A DNA stretch of 64,000 bases from Bispira polyomma. Taxonomy: Eukaryota. The notes below the pieces were generated by a model. It saw nothing but the letters and a program-made list of their open reading frames with translations. It did no database searches and was not told the origin of the DNA. Location: the NCBI GenBank assembly GCA_965649765.1, contig OZ287754.1:12028001-12092000 (forward strand), written 5' to 3'. Of the stretch, positions 12,501 through 24,500 are shown one piece after another; the first letter of the stretch is position 1; the number at the start of each line of letters is the position of its first letter. Position numbers and translations under genes: made by a program.

Positions 12501-15500
12501 TTAGCTAGAATCCTCACTTACACTATTGAAGTCATTTAGGCAACAACGCCATCTTTAATATTTTACATTTTTACTTTTATGTGTTTTATTTTTACTTCAC
12601 TGATTTTATTATTTGTGTTATGGAAACAAGAAATGCAACAAATGATTCACTAAGTGGTGCTACACACTAAGGAGGAACTGATCTGCAGTGTTTTTGCTGG
12701 ATTCCTGTGTTTTACTCTACTTTGAGTCTTACGATTATATGCTCGTTTGAGCGGTGGTAAAGGAACGTGGTCAAATCAATTATATTGCATCAAATTCACG
12801 GCTATTTGCCTGATTACATATAATTTAATTTAGATTATCGCGTTACAGTTCCTTTAGTATAGTTACAGGTATCAAAGCCACGAGTTCTTATATTATTCAG
12901 AGGCTATGGCCCCAAGGAAACAATACTACTGTCACAAGTGTGAAACTAGTCATATTAAACCCATTGATGAAAACTGTAAAATGCATACCAGTGTGGGAAC
13001 CTCCAAGCAGAACTCTATGGCTGGCGATGGTGTAACTGCTGCCGACGTCAACCTACAAATTTTGACTGAACTCAAAGCATTAAGTGGGCGTATGACCCAA
13101 GTTGAGCAGCAAGTTTATCGCAGTTCACATGGAGCCCAGGCTTTGACGGCGTCGAGCCCGGGGGAGTGCAGCCCAACCTAGACAGGCGGACCAAACCACT
13201 TCTGAGCTACTGGTCCCGACGCTACAGACACTACGTACATCCGACTCCCTACAGACTGCAGTGGATTCACGTCTTAAGGAATTGGTGGCCATTAATGATT
13301 CAGGTACGTCAAAATCTCAAAGAGGGGGTCCCGACACTCTGTGGGTGAAGAATAAGGTGGCTTGGCCTCAGAACGTTATACTAGGGGGACAAAACAAAAC
13401 ACGAGTTACGTATGACGCGTTGTCAATGGCCCAGTGGGTCTCTGGTTTTGCCAGTATAGCTAGAGATGAAAGTAGTTTAGACGTTAAAAACCAAATGTTG
13501 GAGTATCTCACTGACCTCATGGAGGACGCTCATGACTTTTCCTGGACCTCGGCTAAGGCTAGCCATGCCGTTGTACTGTGTAAAATGGAAGAGGGTAAGG
13601 TAACCTGGGGAGATGCCCACAAGTTGGACAGGATTAGATGGGCTCATGCCCAAAGGGTTGTCATCCAGACTGCAAATAGTAATTATCAAACCAACACCAG
13701 GAAAAGTCATGAGAAGTCCATCCCATGTAGGTACTTCCAGAGGGGTACTTGCCCCCAAAAAGGGGATCACGAATTCAAAGGTGTGTCATATAGTCATGTG
13801 TGTAACCAATGCTTTCAAAATGGGAGGTCTTACCCCCACCCTGCAAAAGACTGTAAAAAATATCCGTTAAAAAACGAGTAAGGCACTGCAGTAATGCAGT
13901 GCCAGCCTATGTTTCTTCCACACAAGAGGTGGTCAGAAAAAAACTTGCACAAAAAGTTGTAAATAATTCTAAAGGTTGTCCCACTAGAACTGTGTATAAT
14001 AGTCTTAAATGTAATACTGGCAGTACACATTGGAGGGCAGATTAGGCCAAATTTGTAAATAGATCTTATGCTGATGTGGTTAAAAGAAAGGCTCCCTCCA
14101 GGTCTGCTGCCATAAAGGTTTCTGTACAAAGTGCGAATGTGACTCAGAGGTGGCAAAGTCACCAGGTTAAATGTTCACCATGTTTAAATAACAACCAAAT
14201 TTCAGAAGTGTCCACAAAACATGAACTGGGGCACAGAGTGAGTGTTAAAACTTTCACAAAAGGTGCTTCCCCTTTTACAAGTGCACAGAGGAATAATGTA
14301 ATGTCAAAAATGGGTAAACCCCCTCCAACAAAAGGTGATCAATTTGGCCAAAAGCTGGAAATCACAAAATTAGACATTCAGGGCAAATGGCCCATTTCCA
14401 CTCACAATAGGTTTTCCCCGTTGAGTGACAATGACCATTATATGGACACTAGTGACAACTCTTTCACACATTTAGCAGATACTTGTAACCAAGGTCAAGC
14501 TCTTAAAATACTCTCTCGAGGTACTGGGGGAATAAAATCAGACAAATATGACCTAGAACTACAAACTAAATCGAAAAACAGGGAACTTATAAAACGTGCT
14601 TCCAACCAGCCTCAGTTCCAACAATGGGATACTCAAACTACAGATAAGTATGAGTTTATTCCGCTAAATGACCTCCAAGTTCCCCAAACGGATAAACGAG
14701 TAAAGTCGGATAAGTCTCTGTTAGAGTTACACACTCAGATTAAGAAGGACAACTACCCAAATTATATGGGGGCACAAGTTCAATTGAAATCTGAGTTGAA
14801 CCCAGATGTATGGGAAAAATACTTGACTGACTACTGGGATAAACAACTCCCCTTTTTGATAAGATATGGGTTTCCCCTCGATTTTAATCCTGACAGCAAG
14901 TTATCTCATACAGAACAGAATCATTCATCTGCAACACAATTTCCAGATGATGTGCATGCTTATTTAAAAGAAGAGACTGAGTTAGGTGCCATGTTGGGCC
15001 CTTTCCATAAGGCCCCCATAAAAAACCTCCATATTTCTCCCTTTATGACTAGGGAAAAGCCAGGTGCCGCACACAGGCGCGTTATCATAGATTTAAGCTT
15101 TCCTCATGGCAACTCTGTGAATTCGGCTGTAGTCAAGGATAAGTATCTCGGTACTGCGTTTGCATTAACCCTTCCCACAATTGACACAATTACAAACAAA
15201 ATATGTCGTATGGGACGTGGAACGCTCTTATATAAAATTGACATAAGTCGGGCATTTCGTCACGTGAAAATGGATCCAGCTGATTACAATCTATTAGGCT
15301 TAAAATTAGACAAATACTACGTCGACTCTTGCCTCCCATTTGGTTTTCGGTACGGGAGCGCAATTTTTCAGTGATTAAGTGACGCCGTCAGGTACATCAT
15401 GAAACGTCACGGACATGACGTCACCAACTATATCGACGACGTAATCGGCTATGGTGACGTCATAGAAAGTAAACATTCATTTGATATATTGCTCAACTTA

Positions 15501-18500
15501 CTCCAGGAACTAGGCTTTGCGATTAGTCACAAAAAACTTGTTCACCCCAGCACGTCAGTAACGTGTCTGGGGGTGTTAGTTAATACAAATGACTTGACAA
15601 TCTCATTGCCAGATGAAAAGCTACTAGAAATAAACACACTTGTGCAAGACTGGCAATTAAGAAACTGCTGCAGTAAGAGGGAGTTGCAGTCACTGCTAGG
15701 TAAATTGTTATATGTATCCAAATGTGTTCGAGTTTCACGTGCTTTCTTAAACCGAATGCTTGACGTCCTAAGATCTGTAGGCCCGGATCAAAAAGTAAAA
15801 CTCACACCTGAGTTTCATCAGGATGTAAATTGGTTTAAAAAATTTTTACCAACATTTAATGGAAAAGCCTTCTTTGAACACAAACCCACTACCGATTGTA
15901 TTCAGTTGGATGCGTGCCTCCAAGGTCTGGGAGGCCGTTGTAATGATGAAGTATACCAATTCCAAATTCCTCTAGGTTATCTAGATTTCACGATAGTTCA
16001 TCTGGAAATGTTAAACATCCTAGTTGCCATTAGGCTATGGAAGTCAGCGTGGGCAGGTAAGAGGTTAATATTGCAATGCGACAATGCTGCCGTGGTCACT
16101 ATCCTAAATTCAGGCAAAACTAAAGACCTCATTTTAGCAGCTATTGCCAGAAACATCTTCATGGCCGTAGCCTCCCATGATATCAGTCTCAAAACCATTC
16201 ACATTTTAGGTAGACTTAATACAGTGGCTGATCTCCTCTCCAGATGGCAGATCACGGCCAGTAATAATGACAAGTTACTACAACTGGTATCGAATCCCAA
16301 ATGGGTAAAAGTAAAAGACACAATGTTAGAAATAGATTGGTCTATCTAATTGCAGATGTACCTTCCAAGCTAAGAAAGATTGCTACACAAGCCTCATACA
16401 GAGCCCATCAGGCCTTTAGACCAGCCACTGAAAGGGCCTATACAAATATGTTTAGGATATTCTTGGCCTATTGTAGTTTTGCTCAGGTCAGGCCTCAAAA
16501 TATCTCCCCCCTTATTATATTGGCTTTCTTAGAAGTATTAGTGGTTAATCATGTCTCTTCCTCCTCCATTGCAAACTACCTTTCGGCGGTTAATGCTAAA
16601 TTGGCCCTCTATGGCCTTGACGTCTCTACATTTGCAGATCCTAGAATTAAGTATTACCAAAAAGCCCTTACACTCAATAGCCCCTTCAGGGCTAAAATTA
16701 ACGCTATTATTGACATTCCCCTGTTACTCCAAATTACTCAAATTTGTGACAGCATGTACATGGGGCAGATCTTCAAGGCTCTGTACCTCATTGCCTTCTT
16801 TTCTTTTCTTAGAATATCCAACTTACTTCCACATGCTGTCTCTCAATTCTCTCCACTAGTCCAACTGGCCCGGGGGGACGTACTTTTTGCCTCCCCTGGC
16901 CTCCACCTCATAATAAAGTGGTCTAAAACAATGCAGTCAAAGAATGTAGCAAAAGTTATTAAAATACCGAGTCTAAGTGGCTCTAGTCTCTGTCCGGTGG
17001 CTGCCACAAGGGCCTTGCTGGCTATTACTCCTGGACACAAAAATTCTCCTCTCTTTCAGTTTAAAAAATACCATAAATGGTCTCCAATGATTGACACCCA
17101 AGCTAGGCAAAATCTCACGCAAATTTTGAGGCGTCTTGGCCTCCAGCAATCAAACATTTCTTTCCACACCTTCAGGCGTTCAGGTGCCACCTGGGCCTTC
17201 AACAATAATGTCCCAATTCAAGATATCCAGAGCCATGGCACTTGGACGTCTGATTGTGTGTGGAAATATATTGTACAGGATCACAATGCATCTGACCAAG
17301 TCGCCCTCACCTTCAAGGCCCTCCTTTCCCCTTCTACTACTTCCTAGTTGGGCTTTGGGGCTTTATTTACATACATTATATACAAATAAAATATAATAAT
17401 GCTTAAATATAAATATTTTGGGGCCACCTTACCTTATACTAATTTAATCCTTTTACATCTTTACTAAATCTCTTTTGGCAACCTCAAATAAAATCTAAGG
17501 TTACCATTTTTCTTAAATTTAAACTCATTCTAAGGTTACCCTAACTTGAAGTTAGGGTACCCCTAAATTCAACCTTAAAAATTTCAATCTTTGGTAACCC
17601 TAACTTCCAAGTTGGGGCTACTCTTAACCTTAAACTCAATCTTAGGTAGCCCTAACTTTCAAGCTAGGGCTACCCCTTAAATTTTAAAAAATCCCTTTGA
17701 TCACTTTGGCCTGTTGTCCTCAGGTTAAGGTCACCTTAAACTCTTAACTTCTCCTAAACTCTTGGGGCTAAGGTGGCCCCTTACTACACAGTATGTAAAT
17801 AATTATTAGTGATAACATAGTAAAATTAAAGCTAATATCCCCAAAACCTACCTTTCTTGTTATTTTCCTGTGTTACACCACATCTACAAGTTTACTAGGA
17901 TAGGGCACTGTGCGGGGTAGCGCCGTAGGGGATAGCAAGTTCAGTGCTACTAGTATTTTCCTCCCTGGGTTTATGCTCTATGAACCCCTTCCTAATTGGT
18001 TACTTGTATACTAATTAACCTCTGTTTTCCCGCTTTTTAGCTAGAATCCTCACTTACACTATTGAAGTCATTTAGGCAACAACGCCATCTTTAATATTTT
18101 ACATTACCCACCCACTTGCCCCTACTACTTCCTCTGTAGTTTTCAGCTATGCGTCCGTCCCTGGAGTGCTGCATGCAGTCCCTGGGGTTCCTGAAGTCTC
18201 ACTTTACACCTTGGCGCAGGGGGGTGGGGGCTCGGGGCTGTGGGCCCACGAGTTATGCATTACTGCTGGCCTTCACAGTTCCCCGCCCTTGGGGGCCTTC
18301 TGGGGCCTCAGGTGACTTATCTCCCATACTTTTCTGGGTAACACCAGGGCCCTTAGGGGCCAACACTTACTTTTAGGTAGCTGCTTGCTGCTGAGGTTGC
18401 GTCTCCTTTTGTTGTTATCAATGTATGTTACTTTATTGTCTTCAGGGTTTTCCCTTTGTTGTATATCAAATTGATAATGTTGTCAAATGTCCTGCGTCAG

Positions 18501-21500
18501 GCAGCACGATTTATATGTATACAGTATGTGAAGTCGCATCCTTTTTGTTGTCATAGTAGCATGTAAAGTATAACTATTAATGTTGTTCCTCGTCACAACG
18601 AGGACTGGATTTGTAAAATGTTTGTATTTCGCAACCTGGTGTTGTCGCTAGTATAACGTTATAATGCATTGCACATCATGTTGTGTGCAAGTGCATTTGG
18701 TAGCTTTGTGATCACATGTTGAACTGTAAGCATGTAGTTTCAGGCATACTGGATTCATGGATCTCTTGTGGCTCAGTCAGGAATGAACTCTATACAAGCA
18801 AGCACTGCCCTCCTGGAAGACAAGAGCTACTCGATTTATATTTTGCTCATGTCTGTATGCATGTTCTCTGTAAGCCATGGTAATTGTATATGCTAGGGGT
18901 TTAAGGTCTACTGAGTTTTTTGCTATTCTTATGGACTTTATTAGTGAGCAGCACAGGTTTTAGTCTCTTAGCTAGTACCATGGTTTTTAATTTCGATTTT
19001 ACCCTTTTTTGGGGGCTTTATTTACATACATTATATACAAATAAAATATAATAATGCTTAAATATAAATATTTTGGGGCCACCTTACCTTATACTAATTT
19101 AATCCTTTTACATCTTTACTAAATCTCTTTTGGCAACCTCAAATAAAATCTAAGGTTACCATTTTTCTTAAATTTAAACTTATTCTAAGGTTACCCTAAC
19201 TTGAAGTTAGGGTACCCCTAAATTCAACCTTAAAAATTTCAATCTTTGGTAACCCTAACTTCCAAGTTGGGGCTACTCTTAACCTTAAACTCAATCTTAG
19301 GTAGCCCTAACTTTCAAGCTAGGGCTACCCCTTAAATTTTAAAAAATCCCTTTGGTCACTTTGGCCTGTTGTCCTCAGGTTAAGGTCACCTTAAACTCTT
19401 AACTTCTCCTAAACTCTTGGGGCTAAGGTGGCCCCTTACTACACAGTATGTAAATAATTATTAGTGATAACATAGTAAAATTAAAGCTAATATCCCCAAA
19501 ACCTACCTTTCTTGTTATTTTCCTGTGTTACACCACATCTACAAGTTTACTAGGGTAGGGCACTGTATATATTTATATTTTTTGTCTGATGCCTACTCTT
19601 TACTCTTAGTAATGGATATGACCTAGCCACACATCATTTCATGAACAAAGCCAAATTGATTTCAATCAAGATGATTATAACACAATTGTTCAAATCTGGA
19701 CCTGAGTGACGATCAAATGCAGGTTTAGTCTAAAAAAAGCCCAAGTTGTTCGTAGCCATAACAATTTAATTTACAAGTTACTCACAAGAACATAAGTGTT
19801 CACAACAATAAAAAGTCAATGTCTAAGCTAGTCCACGTCATTTTAGATTTTTATTACCAAAACATCTGGTCATTGTGATCCAATCTCAGATGTAAATTCT
19901 GAGTCCTTTAACTTCTTTCTGTTTGACAATACTTTTGTGTTCACAACAGTAAAAAGTCAATGTCTAAGCTAGTCCAGGTCATTTTAGATTTTTATTACCA
20001 AAACATCTGGTCATTATGATCCAATCTTAGATGTAAATTCTGAGTCCTTTAACTTCTTTCTGTTTGACAATACTTTTGTGTTCACAACAGTAAAAAGTCA
20101 ATGTCTAAGCTAGTCCAGGTCATTTTAGATTTTTATTACCAAAACATCTGGTCATTATGATCCAATCTTAGATGTAAATTCTGAGTCCTTTAACTTCTTT
20201 CTGTTTGACAATACTTTTGTGTAAGTTTGTTCAATTGTCAACTGTTTGAACTTTTTTAATTGTTGAGGTTTATTACTGCTTTATTATTTTTGTTTGCAAT
20301 TGATTAAGTACATCGTCAAAACTGTTAGTAAACTGAACATGACTCAGGTTTTTGCTTCATAATGTACAATTTTATGTTGTCAGTTTCATCATTTGATTGT
20401 GATAGCGTGGCCTTTTTTAATTTGTTAAACATTATTTTTTTTCTGACATGTAATGATAATACTCATTCACACAAAGCTATTCATAACAAGATCTCAATGA
20501 TAGTAGAAGTCTATTATCTTTCATTCCTGTCAGTTAATTGTCTCCTGGAGCAGCTTTCCATAAGTAAATGGGTAATCTGATACCTAGGTTTAATGCACAT
20601 ATTCAGTAAGAGTTAGAAATATTTGAACACAGAGGCTTGATAATGACCATTTTATAAACTTTCCCAAGGTACTTAAGCCTGAGACTGGGTATAGAAATAA
20701 ATAACAGAGGACTGCCATTTTAAGTTGCCATCTAAATCCAGGTTCTTTGTATTCACAATGTTGGTGTGTCATCCTCTAAACAATGCATGGTGGTAGGTAA
20801 TTTAATTAGAACCACCTTTAGCCGTCTCTGATGGTCTTTATGACTAGATAGACCTTAGTTGTTGAAAATGATGTAATAACGAAGAATTATATCTTGCATT
20901 TTATACATGGTTAGTGGTATATTAATGTAATTTTTTTTTTGTATTGTAGGAGAGCAATGCAAGACTTCATCAGTATGTTCAGGGGCTGATGTCAATGAGG
21001 CAATTGAATCTGTCTTTCCCACCACAGGTAAAATGACATGATTTGAATGGATATTAATAATTAACTGACAATATGGTCCTGAAAATATTGTTAATGTGTG
21101 TATGATGTGTACATCTGATTTAATGCCACTAGCTTCTCACCTCTAATGACAGTAGGTTTGTCTCCTACTGCCTCTTCCATGTGAGAAAGTGGGTCATATA
21201 CTTGCTGTGCATTCAATTATTTTCCAAGTACAAATAGAACTGGATTCCTCCACCAATAAATCTAGCCATCACAATATTACTACCTTATCAATCAGACATC
21301 ATTACAAGCTATTTGATCTATCTGTGTCATAATCTGTGTCAGTAAAATGTATGTATGTGTCTTCATGTGTAATCGATAAACTATATGTAACTCACAAGGG
21401 ATCTTTATAATTTTGCAACCAAACCACTGATCTAGAGAGGTGCCAACTTGATACATTTTCTTTTTTATCTTTTGTTTTGTTTGTTGTGATTTTTTCTGTG

Positions 21501-24500
21501 GGGTGCGCTGCCATTTTGTGCTGGTATACAAACCAATACCATGCTGTCTCTAATTTATGCAATGCTTGCAGAGACCTGCAGTGATAATTCCTGCAGCAAT
21601 GGTGGGACCTGCATAGAAACAACCTCCTCTGTCATGTGTCTTTGTCATGGCACTGGCTTTGGTGGCAACACCTGTTCTGATGGTGAGTTCTCATTAACTA
21701 TTATCTAAAGCAGTAATATAGGGACCAAAAAGATTGAGTTTAGCAACACTGGTATAACCCTTTAAACTGTAAATGTTACCAGGATCGTTGCCTAGGAGAT
21801 TAGTTACCCTCAAACAATGAAATATTAGTTCTCAAAGACAATTTTATCTTGCATTATGTGTAAGTAATCGTTCGGTAACGGTTCCAATGCATTCCATCTG
21901 TAATATTATATTTCAAGTTGATATATGTGTATTCTGATACAGCCGGACAAATTTGATATTATAGTGAGTTTAAGTTTGATGCATTTGTTTGATGTGAACC
22001 CACATGTAAAATCGACACAAGCAACATAACAACACCATATCCACTACACAATGACAGAAGTCAATCTTGGTCAATATTCTACTGATACATCTCAGACTTC
22101 AAATTTTTAGGTTTTTTACTGGAGTTATATTTCAGTAGCTTTAGATCCTATATTCTTGATTGTAACTCAAGTATTACTGCAACATCCTTTTCAAAGAAAT
22201 AGCTTCTTTATGTATCTGAGGTTATCGTCTTGCTATATACAACTAACTCTTCCTATTGATCTCATTTATATTATATAGATATAGATGAATGCTTAGAGGA
22301 ACCTTGCTTACATAATGGCAACTGTACAAATAGCCCTAGCTCATTTGATTGCAGTTGTGCAGTTGGGTTTTCTGGAGCAACATGTGAAGCTGGTATGTAC
22401 ACTACATATATTTTTGTTCTTTTTTTTCTCCTTTAGATATTTATTTACCCTTTTTTACATCAGTGCAAGAAATCTGGCAAGGTGAGGGTAGTAAACCCTC
22501 CATCAAATCTATTTTACAAGTGCAGTATTATTATAAATTCTTTAACAACATTTAACAACTTTAACTATATTAAGCTCTCCGCAGTTGCATAACTCTGAAA
22601 TGGCCTTGAGGTAAGAACCATAGAATACATCTATATTATATGTTGAACCTATTCAACTCACCATGGTAGCCAATTAAGCCAAAGTTATCAAAACAAGTTT
22701 CTTCATTACCTAAATGACTTAACAACTGTTGGTCCATATATACCTAATGCATACATGTATACCTGATGTATAACATCGGTCAATTAATTATACCAAAATA
22801 TCAGTTGGCGAATAAAACATGACCACAACACAGGACGTGGATTTAATCAAAATAAAATGCGTCTAGACAAGTAATTTCCATTAATTCATGTTTATGAAAA
22901 TAATTTTCATGGTTTAGTGGTGAAATAACATGACAGATGTCATTATAACCAAAGTACAATTATGAACGCTTGAAATATATCATATATATTTGTGATGACT
23001 TCATGATACATGTGTGTGATTTATGTGCCACATGTGCCACATGTATTCTGCAGATATCAATGAATGTGACAATAGTCCATGTAATGGGGGTATATGTAGC
23101 AACAATGACGGAAGTTTTGAATGTCACTGTGATGGTACAGGATACATTGGTGATGTGTGTAGTGAAGGTTGGTAACTAGTGAACTGTCTTTATCAGAAGC
23201 TTTGGTAGAATTAACTTAAGTCTAATGTCAGATATGTGTGATGAAGGTTTGCCAATTTGGTATTATAATACAATAATTTGGTTTTTCAATATTTTACCTA
23301 CTTTATGGTCGACGCTTATTAGATATTAAATTTAGATATCACACAGGTATAAGAAACAAGCAATAATGAATGAAAATTATCTCATCTGTAAACAAATCAA
23401 AAAGTAAGCAAATAGTGAGCAAATCTTCCAATTAGTCTAATGTCATCAAACAGGACAACATTAAGATTTGTTATTATATAATTGGCACTAATTGTACAAA
23501 CTTCACCATTCACCTTCCCTGAAAAATATTATTAAAGGTTTTACTCATTCCCCAACTAATGACAACAGTCTTGCAGTGTTCATACAATTAAAACAACTAA
23601 ACTAAATCACTAAGTCAGTCAATAAATCACTAAGACAGTGATTCCATTTTCACCTGAGTCCTGAGAATTGATTTAATTTGACCAGGCGAACATGTCAGAA
23701 GCATTAGTTAACTTCATTATAATCAATTTGAAGTTAATATTAAAAAGTCCTTGGTTCAATGTGCAACAATAGCTAAAGTTATCAAGTATAATCACTTCAT
23801 TTCTCAGGTGTTTCCCTGTTGCTGTAGTATCCAGCAATCTCTAATTCTTGTCATACAGACACACAAAATATGTAAGATCTCTATATATCCAAGTGACACT
23901 TAGTAGAACCTGACTTCTCTCATTTAAATTGAACTTTAAAAGTTATGTTGAAGGTTAGATATATTGGAATATTTACTTTTTACGGATAGTACCATGACTG
24001 GTTTCTCAGCCTATTCTTTGTCTGTGATAATTATGTACTACTGATATGCTGATACTGTTTGAGATAACATTTAATGTAGCACCCCATTTCTTTATTCAGA
24101 CATAGATGAGTGCACTCCTGAAAATCCATGTCAAAATGGTGCAACTTGCAGCAATTCTGATGGGTCATTTATATGTGTCTGTGTACCTGGCTTTACAGGA
24201 GAGCTGTGTGAGACAAGTAGGTCTGGTAGTCTACAAAGAGAAATCTTTTGCAAAGATTATCTCCTGATACTAAAAACACTGATATGTTTTTATGAACACA
24301 TTTTATAAGGTTCCCCTTTTCCTTTTCATATTTATGTTTAATGCGAATAAAGAATTGCAAGTTGGTTGAATATATATATATATATAACTACCATTGAGCC
24401 TATAATTGGAACTCTGGTTTGTTCAGGAGTAAACTATGCATTATAGAGGCACCAAATCCCAACTCACACTAATCGCTAAAATGACCACTTTTGCAATAAT

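Larger units (their letters stand above)
12375..19565 (+). mobile_element. Structurally complete Ngaro-like YR retrotransposon, copy 2 (A1-gag-pol-YR-B1-A2-spacer-B2)
   Basis: Split direct repeats, gag, RT/RH without a methyltransferase, and YR; no target-site duplication. Inserted 23 nt after the host donor at 12352, in the sense orientation. Confidence 0.95.

Noticed and set aside
16200-16349. DIRS1/PAT-type classification
   Set aside because: pol ends right after RNase H with no methyltransferase domain, and the termini are split direct repeats rather than inverted repeats; this fits Ngaro.
17641-17655. Similarity of TTAAGGTA(G/A)CC motifs to the 28S rDNA R2/homing-endonuclease target
   Set aside because: Only a ~10-bp resemblance with no flanking rRNA sequence; explained by the element's palindrome motif.
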